Shown: positions 47,930 through 58,345 of the stretch, one piece after another
Layout of the letters: every line of letters starts with the position of its first letter
Numbering within the stretch: the stretch's first letter is position 1
NCBI GenBank assembly: GCA_020630615.1
Contig: JAHDBA010000003.1
Span: 10,027-74,026 of the forward strand
Direction of reading: 5' to 3'
DNA: 64,000 nucleotides
Origin: Myxococcota bacterium
Lineage (GTDB): Bacteria > Myxococcota > UBA727 > JAHDBA01
The notes under the pieces: model-generated
What the model was told of the DNA's origin: nothing
The model's database searches: none
What the model saw: the letters and a program-made list of their open reading frames with translations, nothing else
Program-made: the position numbers and the translations under genes

Positions 47930-49072
47930 TCATACAAATCCTTTCAAGATGTGCGCAAGCCGATCAACATCCGACTTCGAGTTATAAATATGAGGCGCCA
48001 GGCGTAACCCTTCACCTCGTACACTATGAACAACGCCGTGCGAGTTAAAGTGCCCCGACATTCTTTGAACCTTTGTTAATGAAGCTTTAACGTTGAGTAT
48101 TGGACTGATAAAGGAGTTTGAGCTTTCAACAGCGTCAAAACCATAATCTTTTAGAAGAAGCCTCAATTCCTCTCGAAGCATTAAATTATGCCGATATACT
48201 TCATCAATACCAAGCGATAAGAGTCGCCTCAGCGACGCCCCCATCCCCAAGACATGAAGCATCATGGGTGAGCCTGGCTCCAATCCGGCCGCGCCCTTTT
48301 TAAGACTGAGCGTTATATCCGCTTTGTCATCGGGTGTACCATACGACATTGCCCCGACCATGATAGGCTCGATTGCCGAGCGCAGCGATTCCGACATCCA
48401 TAAAAATCCTTGACCCAAGGGTCCCATGAGCCATTTATGGCCACCACCCGCTACTGCGTCGACCGGAAGATCCTTGAGCGAGAAAGGAATGGTTCCTAAA
48501 CCTTGTATTGCGTCAACAACGACCCAGGCCCCCACACGATGTGCTGCATCACAAAGCATCTCGAGGTCCAATATTTCTCCGGCTTCATACTGGACCCAAG
48601 AGCAGGCGACAATCTTCGTTGAATCCGTAATTGCTTCGCATAGCAATTCTGTACGGTGCTTGCCCGCTTCCGCATCGATTAACTTCAGAGTTGCACCGGA
48701 GCGCCTACAGGCATCAACCCATGGATAAACGTTGCTTGGGTAATCGCTCCCAAAGCAAATAACCTCGTTCTCGCTACTCAGTTCTTTCGCCTGAGACAAG
48801 CCAAACGCAACTTGTGAGAGCGCGGCAGCGCAGGTGTGAAAAAACGCAATGTCTTTTGGGGCACCATTAATCAACGCTGCGATATCGCTACGCACTTTTT
48901 CGTACGACTCAAAAAGCAGGTTCAGCGTATTGTAGTCTGGGCATGCTAAATCGTGCATCGCAATACGTATCGTCTCAGATGCCGAAACACTTAAAGGTGC
49001 AACGCCAGCCGCATTGAAGAAAATTTTTTCCTCTGGCGCGCCAATAAAAAGGTTGTCTGGGCTGGAATGCAT
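47930..49072 (-). CDS. Class V aminotransferase / cysteine-desulfurase-like PLP enzyme
   Basis: The PLP-lysine motif GGGHKWLMGPLG is SufS/CsdA-like. Confidence 0.7.
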   Translation of the reverse strand: MHSSPDNLFIGAPEEKIFFNAAGVAPLSVSASETIRIAMHDLACPDYNTLNLLFESYEKVRSDIAALINGAPKDIAFFHTCAAALSQVAFGLSQAKELSSENEVICFGSDYPSNVYPWVDACRRSGATLKLIDAEAGKHRTELLCEAITDSTKIVACSWVQYEAGEILDLEMLCDAAHRVGAWVVVDAIQGLGTIPFSLKDLPVDAVAGGGHKWLMGPLGQGFLWMSESLRSAIEPIMVGAMSYGTPDDKADITLSLKKGAAGLEPGSPMMLHVLGMGASLRRLLSLGIDEVYRHNLMLREELRLLLKDYGFDAVESSNSFISPILNVKASLTKVQRMSGHFNSHGVVHSVRGEGLRLAPHIYNSKSDVDRLAHILKGFV

Positions 49073-49130
49073 TGAGAGACTCCTTGATACCCGTGTCTAT
49101 GCTTCGGGTTAAGCACAACCGCAATGAGTA

Positions 49131-49748
49131 TTAAAATGGATCGGCAACGATGCGTGCTTTGGCTCGAATTTCGATATCCGTATCCAAGGTTGGACTCTCT
49201 CGCAGCTCAATCGAAGGTACGATCGCAATTGTCCCATGCGACATAACAAGATCGGCCAGTTCGGCTTCGGTGACATTAAACTCTTTAAAGGTGTCCCCCT
49301 CTTCAATGCCCGAGAGTGATCCGACGCGAACTTCATCTTCTCCTTCTGGGCCAGCTGCTGAAAGCGTTAATGATTCGAGAAAATACAAATCACGCCTAAG
49401 ATTTGGGTTGCTCTCCGCTTGCGGATGATCCAAAACATTGGTGACTTCGATTGCAATGGACTCTATTACCAGTGAGTCCAACTGATCAGCCTGTAACCCT
49501 TCGGTGGACAAACGTTGCACCAAAGCTTCGTCCAGCTGAGATTCGATTTCATCCCAGAGTGCGTCGTCATCACTCAAGGAACGTTCGACCTGACCAGGGA
49601 TTGTAGCCGGAACGACAACTTCGAGCACGCCGGAAAACAGGCATGCGCAGCCCGGCAGTGTGATAGCGCAAAGAGCAATCGTCCAAACAATCGCGCAGCG
49701 GAGATAGCGAGTCCTAACATTGGGATGCATCAAATTTTTCCAGTTCAT
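49131..49748 (-). CDS. Hypothetical lipoprotein
   Basis: An ATG with an AAGGAGA ribosome-binding site and a lipobox LPGCA. Acidic. Confidence 0.4.
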   Translation of the reverse strand: MNWKNLMHPNVRTRYLRCAIVWTIALCAITLPGCACLFSGVLEVVVPATIPGQVERSLSDDDALWDEIESQLDEALVQRLSTEGLQADQLDSLVIESIAIEVTNVLDHPQAESNPNLRRDLYFLESLTLSAAGPEGEDEVRVGSLSGIEEGDTFKEFNVTEAELADLVMSHGTIAIVPSIELRESPTLDTDIEIRAKARIVADPF

Positions 49749-49832
49749 CGTTCTCCTTATGTGTTGGAGCATCTTTCGATGCGAGACCAACCCTAGTTGC
49801 ACAAGCAATCGTCTCAGACCAAGCTTGCTTTT

Positions 49833-50792
49833 ATGAAGGTTTACACCTCAACCGCTGATTTTCCAGACCCAAGCTCCACCATCTTGGCACTTGGAAACTT
49901 TGACGGGGTGCACCTCGGACATCAGAAGCTTCTGAGCAAAGCGCTGAGCCTACGAGCACAATCGAAAGCTGCTGGAAAACCATGCGAAGCCGGCGTTTTA
50001 ACATTTTGGCCCCATCCTGCAGAAGTTCTCTCACCGAAACGCGCTCCAAAACGTGTTCAGACGAAAGCGCAACGACTTCAGGCAATTGACTCGATGGGCT
50101 TTGACTTTGTGGTTGCCCAAGACTTCACACTCCAGCTTGCTCAAACGTCGCCAGAAGCATTTGTTGAAAAAATGTTGATTGGCGATCTCCATGCTCGACA
50201 TGTCGTGGTTGGTGAAAACTTTAATTTTGGACGTGGAGGCAAAGGAACGCCGGCACTTCTCTCGGAATCGCTACCCAGATTCGGAGCGCTTGTGCATGTA
50301 TGCAAGCTACAGCAAGCCGATGGAAGCACGCTTAGCTCGACTCGAATTCGCTCCTTAATCTCCGATGGACAAGTCTCTTTTGCATGGGAACACCTTGGCC
50401 GACCCTTCGCTCTCGAAGCCAAGGTTGTGTCGGGCGACGGACGAGGGCGCTCCCTTGGCTTTCGAACTGCAAACCTTGATATTGGAGCTCAACAAATCTT
50501 ACCGCAAGCCGGCGTCTATGCGACACGAACATTTTGCATGGGTCAGGAATTGGACTCGATCACCAATGTCGGAGTCAGGCCCACCTTTGGAGAAAGTTCA
50601 TTACAGGTTGAATGCCATCTCTTGGATACCTCTATGGATCTCTACGGTGAACGTATTGAAGTTCGCTTCATTCGCCGTGTCCGGGATGAACGCAGATTCG
50701 CGAGTCGTGAAGACCTTATAGCACAAATTCAAAACGATATTGCAATAGCGCGACGTATCCACTCCGAGTCCCGACACGAATTCTTAGCTTGA
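49833..50792 (+). CDS. ribF: Bifunctional riboflavin kinase / FMN adenylyltransferase
   Basis: LGNFDGVHLGHQ in the FAD synthetase domain and a C-terminal riboflavin kinase domain. Confidence 0.85.
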   Translation: MKVYTSTADFPDPSSTILALGNFDGVHLGHQKLLSKALSLRAQSKAAGKPCEAGVLTFWPHPAEVLSPKRAPKRVQTKAQRLQAIDSMGFDFVVAQDFTLQLAQTSPEAFVEKMLIGDLHARHVVVGENFNFGRGGKGTPALLSESLPRFGALVHVCKLQQADGSTLSSTRIRSLISDGQVSFAWEHLGRPFALEAKVVSGDGRGRSLGFRTANLDIGAQQILPQAGVYATRTFCMGQELDSITNVGVRPTFGESSLQVECHLLDTSMDLYGERIEVRFIRRVRDERRFASREDLIAQIQNDIAIARRIHSESRHEFLA

Positions 50793-50871
50793 TGAAGTGA
50801 CATCAACCCAGCATCACCGTTAAACTCTAGTGATCGGGGTTCAAGTTGGAACTCCCAATGGAGTGAAACAC

Positions 50872-52596
50872 ATGGCTGCACGCTTGGGTGAAATGCTGAT
50901 ACGTGAGCAACTGATTTCGTTGCAACAACTGCATAAGGCTCAAACTGAGCAACAGACGGAAGGTGGGAAGCTCGGCTACCACCTAACGAAACTCGGTTTT
51001 ATTTCGGAGCGCGAACTCACACAGTTTCTTTCACGCCAATACGGTGTTCCTGCTATCGCACTCGATGAGTTTGAAATTGAAAGTGAGGTGGTTCGATTGG
51101 TCCCACAAGAGTTGGCTGAGAAACACAAGCTGATTCCTGTAAACCGTGCCGGGGCATCGTTAATTGTGGCGATGAGCGACCCCTCGAATATTTTTGCGGT
51201 CGACGACGTGAAGTTCAAGACCGGATACAATATCGAAGTGGTCGTTGCTGCCGAAGCTTCAATCGTGGAGGCAATTGACAAATACTACAATCAGCAAGAT
51301 TCAAGCGGGTTGTTGAACGATTTGGATGTTGATGAGTTGATGGACGACCTCGATGACATTGAGGCGGAAGTTCAACAAGAAGAAAGCGCCAATGTCTTCT
51401 CTTTGACAGAGCAGGCTGATGATCCTCCTGTGGTTCGACTGGTAAATGTTATTCTCGTTGATGCGATCCGACGAGGTGCCAGCGACATCCATATTGAACC
51501 CTACGAGAAAGAGTTTCGCGTACGCTATCGGGTTGACGGTAACCTCATGGAAGTGATGCGACCACCCAACAAACTTCGAAATGCGATCTCTTCGCGTATT
51601 AAGATCATGGCACAACTGGACATCGCGGAAAGACGTCTCCCGCAAGATGGTCGTATCAAACTCAAGCTACGCAAAGATAGTGAAATGGATTATCGAGTCT
51701 CGGTATGCCCGACCCTTTTCGGTGAAAAAATTGTTCTTAGGCTTTTGGATAAATCCAACCTCCAGTTGGACATGACGAAGCTGGGTTTTGATACAGAACA
51801 AATTGATATTTGGATGGGTGAGATCGCAAAACCCTACGGGATGTGCTTGGTAACAGGCCCCACTGGCTCGGGAAAAACAACAACTTTGTACTCAGCCTTA
51901 TCGGCACTCAACAAAGAAGATGTCAATATTTCTACTGCCGAGGACCCATGTGAGTTCAACTTTGCAGGAATCAACCAGGTTCAGATGCATGAAGATATCG
52001 GCCTCAACTTTGCGGCTGCACTTCGAAGTTTTCTACGGCAAGATCCAGACATCATTATGGTTGGAGAAATCCGTGACTTTGAGACTGGAGAGATTGCAGT
52101 AAAAGCCGCTCTCACCGGGCATATGGTGCTCTCAACGCTCCATACCAACGATGCCCCATCCACTGTGACCCGAATGCTCAATATGGGTATCGAGCCCTTC
52201 TTGGTCACAGCGGCGGTGAATGTCGTTGTTGCACAACGACTTGGGCGTCGCATTTGCGAACAGTGTAAAGTTCCTGTTGATGTGAGCAAGGAAGCATTGC
52301 TCGACGCCGAAGTCCCAGAAAGTTTGATTGGAACCTTTCAACCCATGCGTGGTCGCGGATGTGACGCGTGCGGTAAGACGGGTTACAAAGGTCGTGTCGC
52401 GTTTTACGAAGTTCTTAAAATGCGGGACGAACTCAAAGAACTGATCCTTAACGGGGCTTCAACCTTAGAGATTAAACATGAAGCAATTAAGCTTGGCTTT
52501 AAGACGCTACGTATGGGTGCTATCAAGCACTTTATGGCAGGCGTAACGACACTCGATGAGGTTTTGGGGCGAACAGTTGCGGACTTTGAGCAATAG
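50872..52596 (+). CDS. pilB: Type IV pilus assembly ATPase PilB (GspE family)
   Basis: An N-terminal MshEN domain, the Walker A motif LVTGPTGSGKTTTL, Asp/His boxes, and a tetracysteine zinc motif CEQC...CDAC. Confidence 0.9.
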   Translation: MAARLGEMLIREQLISLQQLHKAQTEQQTEGGKLGYHLTKLGFISERELTQFLSRQYGVPAIALDEFEIESEVVRLVPQELAEKHKLIPVNRAGASLIVAMSDPSNIFAVDDVKFKTGYNIEVVVAAEASIVEAIDKYYNQQDSSGLLNDLDVDELMDDLDDIEAEVQQEESANVFSLTEQADDPPVVRLVNVILVDAIRRGASDIHIEPYEKEFRVRYRVDGNLMEVMRPPNKLRNAISSRIKIMAQLDIAERRLPQDGRIKLKLRKDSEMDYRVSVCPTLFGEKIVLRLLDKSNLQLDMTKLGFDTEQIDIWMGEIAKPYGMCLVTGPTGSGKTTTLYSALSALNKEDVNISTAEDPCEFNFAGINQVQMHEDIGLNFAAALRSFLRQDPDIIMVGEIRDFETGEIAVKAALTGHMVLSTLHTNDAPSTVTRMLNMGIEPFLVTAAVNVVVAQRLGRRICEQCKVPVDVSKEALLDAEVPESLIGTFQPMRGRGCDACGKTGYKGRVAFYEVLKMRDELKELILNGASTLEIKHEAIKLGFKTLRMGAIKHFMAGVTTLDEVLGRTVADFEQ

Positions 52597-52647
52597 AAAC
52601 TTTCCTGGCTTAACTTTAGTAGCCACGTGGACCAAGGTTTAGAAACG

Positions 52648-53727
52648 ATGCTTTCTCTACAACAACTCCTACGCGCAATGCACCAACGCGGCGGCTCCGA
52701 TCTGCACATTACTCGAGATGCAGCCCCCCAAGTACGATTGGATGGCAAGCTCTCTCCAATGAAAGTGCCGGCGCTCTCAGCGGAAGAAACGCGTCGCCTT
52801 TGTTATGCAGTCTTGAATGACCGTCAGAAACATACTTTTGAGAAAACAAAAGAGCTGGACTTCAGCTTTAGTTTGCAGGACATCGCGCGCTTTCGTGGCA
52901 ACCTCTTCATGCAAAAAGGAGCCGTTGCAGGTGTCTTCCGTACGATACCGCACAAGATTTTAACCTTTGACGAACTGGGGCTCCCACCAGTTATCGCCAA
53001 AATGGCGGATCGACCGAACGGCCTTGTCCTTGTGACCGGACCTACCGGTTCCGGGAAATCAACAACACTTGCATCGATTATCGATCGAATTAATTCAACG
53101 CGCCACGATCATATCGTTACGATAGAAGACCCTATCGAGTATGTTCATCCCCATAAAAAGTGTTTGGTCAATCAACGCGAAGTGGGGGCGGATACAGAAG
53201 GCTTTCACCATGCTCTCAGAGCCGTCTTGCGCCAAGACCCTGACGTGGTTCTCGTAGGCGAACTCCGAGACCTCGAGACCATTGAAGCGGCGATCACACT
53301 CGCAGAAACAGGACATCTTTGCTTCGCAACATTGCATACCAATAGTGCGGTTCAGACGATCAATCGTGTTATCGATGTCTTTTCCCCGCATCAACAAGCA
53401 CAGGTTCGGGCGACGTTCAGCTTGGTTTTAGAAGGTGTAATCTCCCAGCAGCTGATTCCAAAAATCAACGGAGGTCGCGCCATGGCACTCGAGGTGATGG
53501 TACCCAACGCTGCGATACGAAACCTCATTCGAGAAGATAAAGTTCATCAAATTTACTCCCAAATGCAGGTCGGCCAGCAGCATCATGGCATGGTCACATT
53601 AAACCAAAGCCTCATCGCGCTACTCAAGCGACGCGAGATCGCGCCTGCTCAGGCGATGCAACGTTGCACCGACATCGATGAATTTACACAGTTATGCAAC
53701 AATCACGGTGTTTCGTTGAGAAGCTGA
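52648..53727 (+). CDS. pilT: Type IV pilus retraction ATPase PilT
   Basis: The Walker A motif LVTGPTGSGKSTTL, and GHLCFATLHT and AIRNLIRE motifs. Confidence 0.9.
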   Translation: MLSLQQLLRAMHQRGGSDLHITRDAAPQVRLDGKLSPMKVPALSAEETRRLCYAVLNDRQKHTFEKTKELDFSFSLQDIARFRGNLFMQKGAVAGVFRTIPHKILTFDELGLPPVIAKMADRPNGLVLVTGPTGSGKSTTLASIIDRINSTRHDHIVTIEDPIEYVHPHKKCLVNQREVGADTEGFHHALRAVLRQDPDVVLVGELRDLETIEAAITLAETGHLCFATLHTNSAVQTINRVIDVFSPHQQAQVRATFSLVLEGVISQQLIPKINGGRAMALEVMVPNAAIRNLIREDKVHQIYSQMQVGQQHHGMVTLNQSLIALLKRREIAPAQAMQRCTDIDEFTQLCNNHGVSLRS

Positions 53728-53797
53728 GCACTTTAGCCACATGTCGAGTTGCCCCTCTCCCTAAAAATTCGGTAGTTTTGAGTGCGGGGGATACACG

Positions 53798-55006
53798 ATG
53801 GGACTCTACCTTTGGAAAGGCAAAACACGTACCGGTGATAAGAAGAAAGGTGAGATTGAGGCTCCCTCTCTCGAGGCTGCCGAACAGAAGCTTCGCCAGA
53901 AAAACATTATTCCCACCAAGGTTAAGAAGAAGCCCAAAGATATTATTCTTAAGATGCCTGGATCTTCGGGCGTAAAACCAAAAGAGCTGATGGTCTTTAC
54001 ACGGCAATTTTCGGCGATGATCGATGCCGGTCTACCACTGGTACAAGCCTTGGACATTTTAGTCCCGCAACAAGAGAACCCGATCTTCAAAGAAATACTC
54101 ATGAATGTTCGTGACGACGTTCAACAAGGTTCGACTCTGGCCGACGCTCTCGCAAAACATCCTAAGGTCTTCGACTCACTTTTCACAAACCTTGTGGCTG
54201 CGGGAGAACAAGGTGGTATTCTTGACACCATTATGGGACGACTGGCCCAACAAATTGAAAAAGGTGTAAAGCTCACAAAGCAAATTAAGGGTGCGATGGT
54301 CTACCCGACAGCAGTCTTGGTGGTCGCATTCATTGCGGTCGCGGCTTTGCTGATCTTTGTGATCCCTGTATTTGAAGAAATGTTTGCGGAGATGGGACAA
54401 GAACTTCCTGCCTTCACTCAACTTGTCATCAATATGTCGCACGGGTTTATGAAATATTGGTACGTTGTTGTGGCAGTACCTATTCTTTTCGGTGTCCTTT
54501 GGAAACAAATAAGAGGAACACCGACAGGTCGTTTACAAACGGACAAGATGTTCCTTTCGGCACCCATCTTTGGCAATATCATTCGAAAAGGTTCTGTTGC
54601 TGGCTTCACGAGGACAATGAGCACAATGGTCTCGTCCGGTGTACCCATTCTGGACTCACTCGAGGTGGTTGCAAGAGCAAACTCCAACCAGGTCATTTCT
54701 CAAGGAATCCTTTACGCGCGGCAAAAGGTTGCGGAAGGCAGCACACTTTCAGAGCCTCTCGAACAAACTGGTATCTTCCCGAATATGGTTACGCAGATGG
54801 TGCACATTGGAGAGAGTACTGGTGCCCTTGATGATATGCTTGGCAAGATCGCTGACTTTTATGAAGAAGAAGTCGATGCAGCCGTCGCAGGGCTTGCTTC
54901 GCTGTTGGAGCCCTTGCTCATGGTCTTTCTTGCAGTCGTTGTTGGCGGATTTCTGATTGCAATGTATTTGCCAATATTCAGCATGGCGGGTGCCGTTGCC
55001 GGCTAA
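53798..55006 (+). CDS. pilC: Type IV pilus inner-membrane platform protein PilC (GspF family)
   Basis: Two T2SS-F repeats and three transmembrane helices. Confidence 0.85.
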   Translation: MGLYLWKGKTRTGDKKKGEIEAPSLEAAEQKLRQKNIIPTKVKKKPKDIILKMPGSSGVKPKELMVFTRQFSAMIDAGLPLVQALDILVPQQENPIFKEILMNVRDDVQQGSTLADALAKHPKVFDSLFTNLVAAGEQGGILDTIMGRLAQQIEKGVKLTKQIKGAMVYPTAVLVVAFIAVAALLIFVIPVFEEMFAEMGQELPAFTQLVINMSHGFMKYWYVVVAVPILFGVLWKQIRGTPTGRLQTDKMFLSAPIFGNIIRKGSVAGFTRTMSTMVSSGVPILDSLEVVARANSNQVISQGILYARQKVAEGSTLSEPLEQTGIFPNMVTQMVHIGESTGALDDMLGKIADFYEEEVDAAVAGLASLLEPLLMVFLAVVVGGFLIAMYLPIFSMAGAVAG

Positions 55007-55051
55007 CCCCTTTAAGGCATTTACAGTAACATAAGAGCAAACCTCTCGGCA

Positions 55052-56815
55052 ATGCGAATATTTATGGGACTTCTTAATCGCGGCACAACAATAATTGCGC
55101 GGATTCCCGTGGCACTTCTTGTTTCAAGTTTACTCTTTGACTCGAAGAGTTTTTCAAGCGCACTCGTGCCCTATCTAAAAATTCTTTCGAGTGCTGTGGT
55201 CCTCTCATTCATCGTATCCTATGTTCTGCAAGCCAGTTCGCTGTGGCGCACCAACCCTGACTCGTCGAAAGACGCGGAAGAGAACAACCATTCGCGGTAT
55301 TTCTTTTTCGATATGGCTGTGACGACGTTCGCACTAAGCCTCCACCGCGGTATCCATAGCCCTTTTCTCGTGCTCTTACATGTGAGCCTTCTCGGAGCAT
55401 CGTTGTCACAACGCAAACGCCGAACACTGGCTCCGCTTTTCTTTGCGCTCCTCTGTTACATATTGCTCTTGGTGGGTCACAACATTAACAGTTCTCTGCA
55501 CCATTGGACAGAGCTAACAACCCTCGACACTCTTACGACTGCCTTCTTCCACTGTGGAACCTTCGTCGTCATCATGCTCTTGGGTTCCCGCCTCAATATT
55601 GAAGTTCATCAAGAAAGAGAGCGCGTTCGGGTTGCTGAATCTCGACTGGCTCGTGCGCAAGTCATCCATGAACAAATCCTTAATTCCCTGCCCAGTGGTG
55701 TTGTCACCCTGGGAAAGAATGGTTTCATTCATTATGTCAACCAACGTGCCTATGACCTTGCCGAACAGGCATCAAAACATAGTGCAGGTGGCGAACATGA
55801 TTTCTTTGCACCGATAAAAACCAATGTGTTGGGTGCGCAATCAAAGCATCCGATTCAAGACTTTAGTGCAGAGCTCTCCGCCGAATCTCTAAAGTTTCTT
55901 CAAGAACTGGGTTCAATTGCTCCCTGTAGGCGTTTTGACCATTATCATACGACCCCAGGGGGAGCCGAGCTCCTCTTCGGGGGCTCTGTTACGTCTATCG
56001 ACCATCTTGATCAGGCTCTTGTTGTTTTCCAAGATGTAACTCGCTTTAAAGAACTGCAGAAAAAAGCTCAACGCGAGGAACATTTTAAGAGCCTCGGTGC
56101 ACTTTCGGCCTCACTTGCCCATGAAATTCGCAACCCGCTCGCAGGGATGAAAGCATCCTTAGAGCTCTTGCGACCGAACCGCGCTGGACTGTATGCGAAA
56201 GGTCAAAGCGTAACTCGTAGCGAAACGGATGAAGAAAACGAGCGACTCTTTTCCATGGCCCTGAATGAAGTTGAACGACTGAGTACACTCGTGAGCGGTT
56301 TCTTAAATTACGCCCGACCTCCAGAATGCAGTCCAGCCTCACTAAATTTAGAGAGCCTCATCAAAGAATGTATCAAGCTACACGAGCTTTCTTGCGTATA
56401 TCCAATCGTCTTTGAAACTCCTCTACAAACGGAATGCATGATTCAGTCCGACGCAAGCGCTTTACGTCAAATCATGCTTAACCTTTTCCGTAATGCAAGC
56501 GAGGAGATTGGCGCCTGCCCTCAAGACTCGCAACACCAGGTTCTCGTCAGGCTTGTAAACAAAGCTGAGAACTACCTTGTCGAGGTCCATGATTCGGGTC
56601 GCGGGATTCCGGATGAGAGAAAGAACACAGTATTCGAGCCGTTCACGACCGACAAGGTGAAAGGCACGGGTTTAGGCTTGGCAACCTGTTTTCAACTCTC
56701 GAGCGTACTCGGAGCAAATCTTAGTGTTCATGATTCACCCATACTGGGTGGTGCATGCTTCTCGCTTGTACTTCCGGGTTTGACTTTTCAAGACTCTCAA
56801 GCACTAAAAGAATAG
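55052..56815 (+). CDS. pilS: PilS-like sensor histidine kinase
   Basis: About six N-terminal transmembrane helices, a PAS-like linker, H-box LAHEIRNPLAGM and a HATPase domain. It lies immediately upstream of pilR. Confidence 0.65.
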   Translation: MRIFMGLLNRGTTIIARIPVALLVSSLLFDSKSFSSALVPYLKILSSAVVLSFIVSYVLQASSLWRTNPDSSKDAEENNHSRYFFFDMAVTTFALSLHRGIHSPFLVLLHVSLLGASLSQRKRRTLAPLFFALLCYILLLVGHNINSSLHHWTELTTLDTLTTAFFHCGTFVVIMLLGSRLNIEVHQERERVRVAESRLARAQVIHEQILNSLPSGVVTLGKNGFIHYVNQRAYDLAEQASKHSAGGEHDFFAPIKTNVLGAQSKHPIQDFSAELSAESLKFLQELGSIAPCRRFDHYHTTPGGAELLFGGSVTSIDHLDQALVVFQDVTRFKELQKKAQREEHFKSLGALSASLAHEIRNPLAGMKASLELLRPNRAGLYAKGQSVTRSETDEENERLFSMALNEVERLSTLVSGFLNYARPPECSPASLNLESLIKECIKLHELSCVYPIVFETPLQTECMIQSDASALRQIMLNLFRNASEEIGACPQDSQHQVLVRLVNKAENYLVEVHDSGRGIPDERKNTVFEPFTTDKVKGTGLGLATCFQLSSVLGANLSVHDSPILGGACFSLVLPGLTFQDSQALKE

Positions 56816-56827
56816 GAGACTCCTTTT

Positions 56828-58345
56828 ATGGCCAAGATACTTATTCTTGATGACGAAGTAGCGATTCGCGAAAGCCTTGGGATTCTCCTCAAGCGGAAGG
56901 GGCATGATGTTGTATTGTGTGAGAACCTAGCAAATGCGCGACATGCGCTGGCCCAAGTGGGCTATGATCTCATCTACAGTGACCTCCGGCTACCTGACGG
57001 TCAGGGGATCGACCTCTTGAGAGACCTCGAAGAACAATGCAATGCCCCGAGCTTCATAATGATGACGGCGTTCTCAACCACAGAAACAGCTGTTGAAGCG
57101 ATGAAACTTGGTGCACTTGACTATATCCACAAACCTTTCTCACTCGATGAGATCGAGCTCCTAACCGATCGGGCACTTGAACAACGCAAGCTCAAGGACG
57201 AAAACGCAAGTCTCAAGGCAAGGCTCCAAGATGTTCGAGGTCGACGTCTCGTCGGCAACTCGGATGCGATGAACAATATCAAAAGTATGATCCGGCGTGT
57301 TGCAGATGGGCGAGCGACTGTTTTAATTACGGGGGAAAGCGGAACAGGAAAAGAGATGGTGGCCCGCACACTGCACGACGAAAGTGTTCGCGGCCCACAC
57401 CCCTTCATTCCTGTTAATTGTGGCGCAATTCCTGAGAATTTAATTGAGTCCGAATTTTTCGGCCATAAAAAGGGAAGCTTCACAGGCGCGAATGTCGACC
57501 GCGCAGGTCTCTTTGAAGAAGCCTCTGCGGGGACTATCTTTCTGGATGAAATTGGCGAGCTCCCAATGTCGATGCAAGTCAAACTTCTACGTGTCCTACA
57601 AGAACGGGAAGTTCGTAGAATCGGTGAGCATAAAGTAAGACCTTTAGAATGTCGTGTATTGGCAGCAACAAACCGAGACCTTGAAGTCGAGGTTGCCAAC
57701 GGACGTTTTCGTGAAGATCTATACTTTCGCCTCAATATTATTCAAATCAATATACCACCCTTGAGAGAACGCTCAGCTGACATTCCAGCCCTCGTGGATG
57801 TTCTTCTACGAAAGCATGCCAGCGCAATCGGCCGAGATGATTTGCGTTTTGACGATAGTAGTATTGCTAATCTTGTCCGACATGATTGGCCTGGTAACAT
57901 ACGCCAGCTTGAAAATGTCATAGAACGCGCAGTGACACTGGCAGAATCCTCATTGATGACCAACGAGGTTCTTCCAACGAAGCTAGTTGAAGCCCATACC
58001 TCCACGCTAAACACCGCTAGCGCTTTTAGTGCTGAGCCGGTCTCGACTCCACTCTCAACAGAAGCGTTCGACGCGCAAGAGATGCCTTTGACTGGGAACT
58101 TCGATGACAACATCTCGCTACCCCATGTTCTTTCAAGGGTTCGAGAGCATGATATTAAACTTGAATCGCTCCTGGAGGCCATTGAGCGTCGAATTGTGAG
58201 GGAGGCGATTGAAAATACAAAGAATAAAACTGAAGCAGCCAATCGACTTGGTCTCTCGTTTCGATCGCTTCGTTATCGTCTGACCAAACTTGGACTCGGC
58301 CCAGTCAAGGCTAGGAGTTCGAGTTCGGGCGAGCCTTCCAAATAA
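56828..58345 (+). CDS. pilR: Sigma-54-dependent response regulator (PilR/NtrC family)
   Basis: A REC domain, an AAA+ domain with GESGTGKE, the sigma-54-contacting ESEFFGH motif, and a C-terminal Fis-type HTH. Confidence 0.85.
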   Translation: MAKILILDDEVAIRESLGILLKRKGHDVVLCENLANARHALAQVGYDLIYSDLRLPDGQGIDLLRDLEEQCNAPSFIMMTAFSTTETAVEAMKLGALDYIHKPFSLDEIELLTDRALEQRKLKDENASLKARLQDVRGRRLVGNSDAMNNIKSMIRRVADGRATVLITGESGTGKEMVARTLHDESVRGPHPFIPVNCGAIPENLIESEFFGHKKGSFTGANVDRAGLFEEASAGTIFLDEIGELPMSMQVKLLRVLQEREVRRIGEHKVRPLECRVLAATNRDLEVEVANGRFREDLYFRLNIIQINIPPLRERSADIPALVDVLLRKHASAIGRDDLRFDDSSIANLVRHDWPGNIRQLENVIERAVTLAESSLMTNEVLPTKLVEAHTSTLNTASAFSAEPVSTPLSTEAFDAQEMPLTGNFDDNISLPHVLSRVREHDIKLESLLEAIERRIVREAIENTKNKTEAANRLGLSFRSLRYRLTKLGLGPVKARSSSSGEPSK

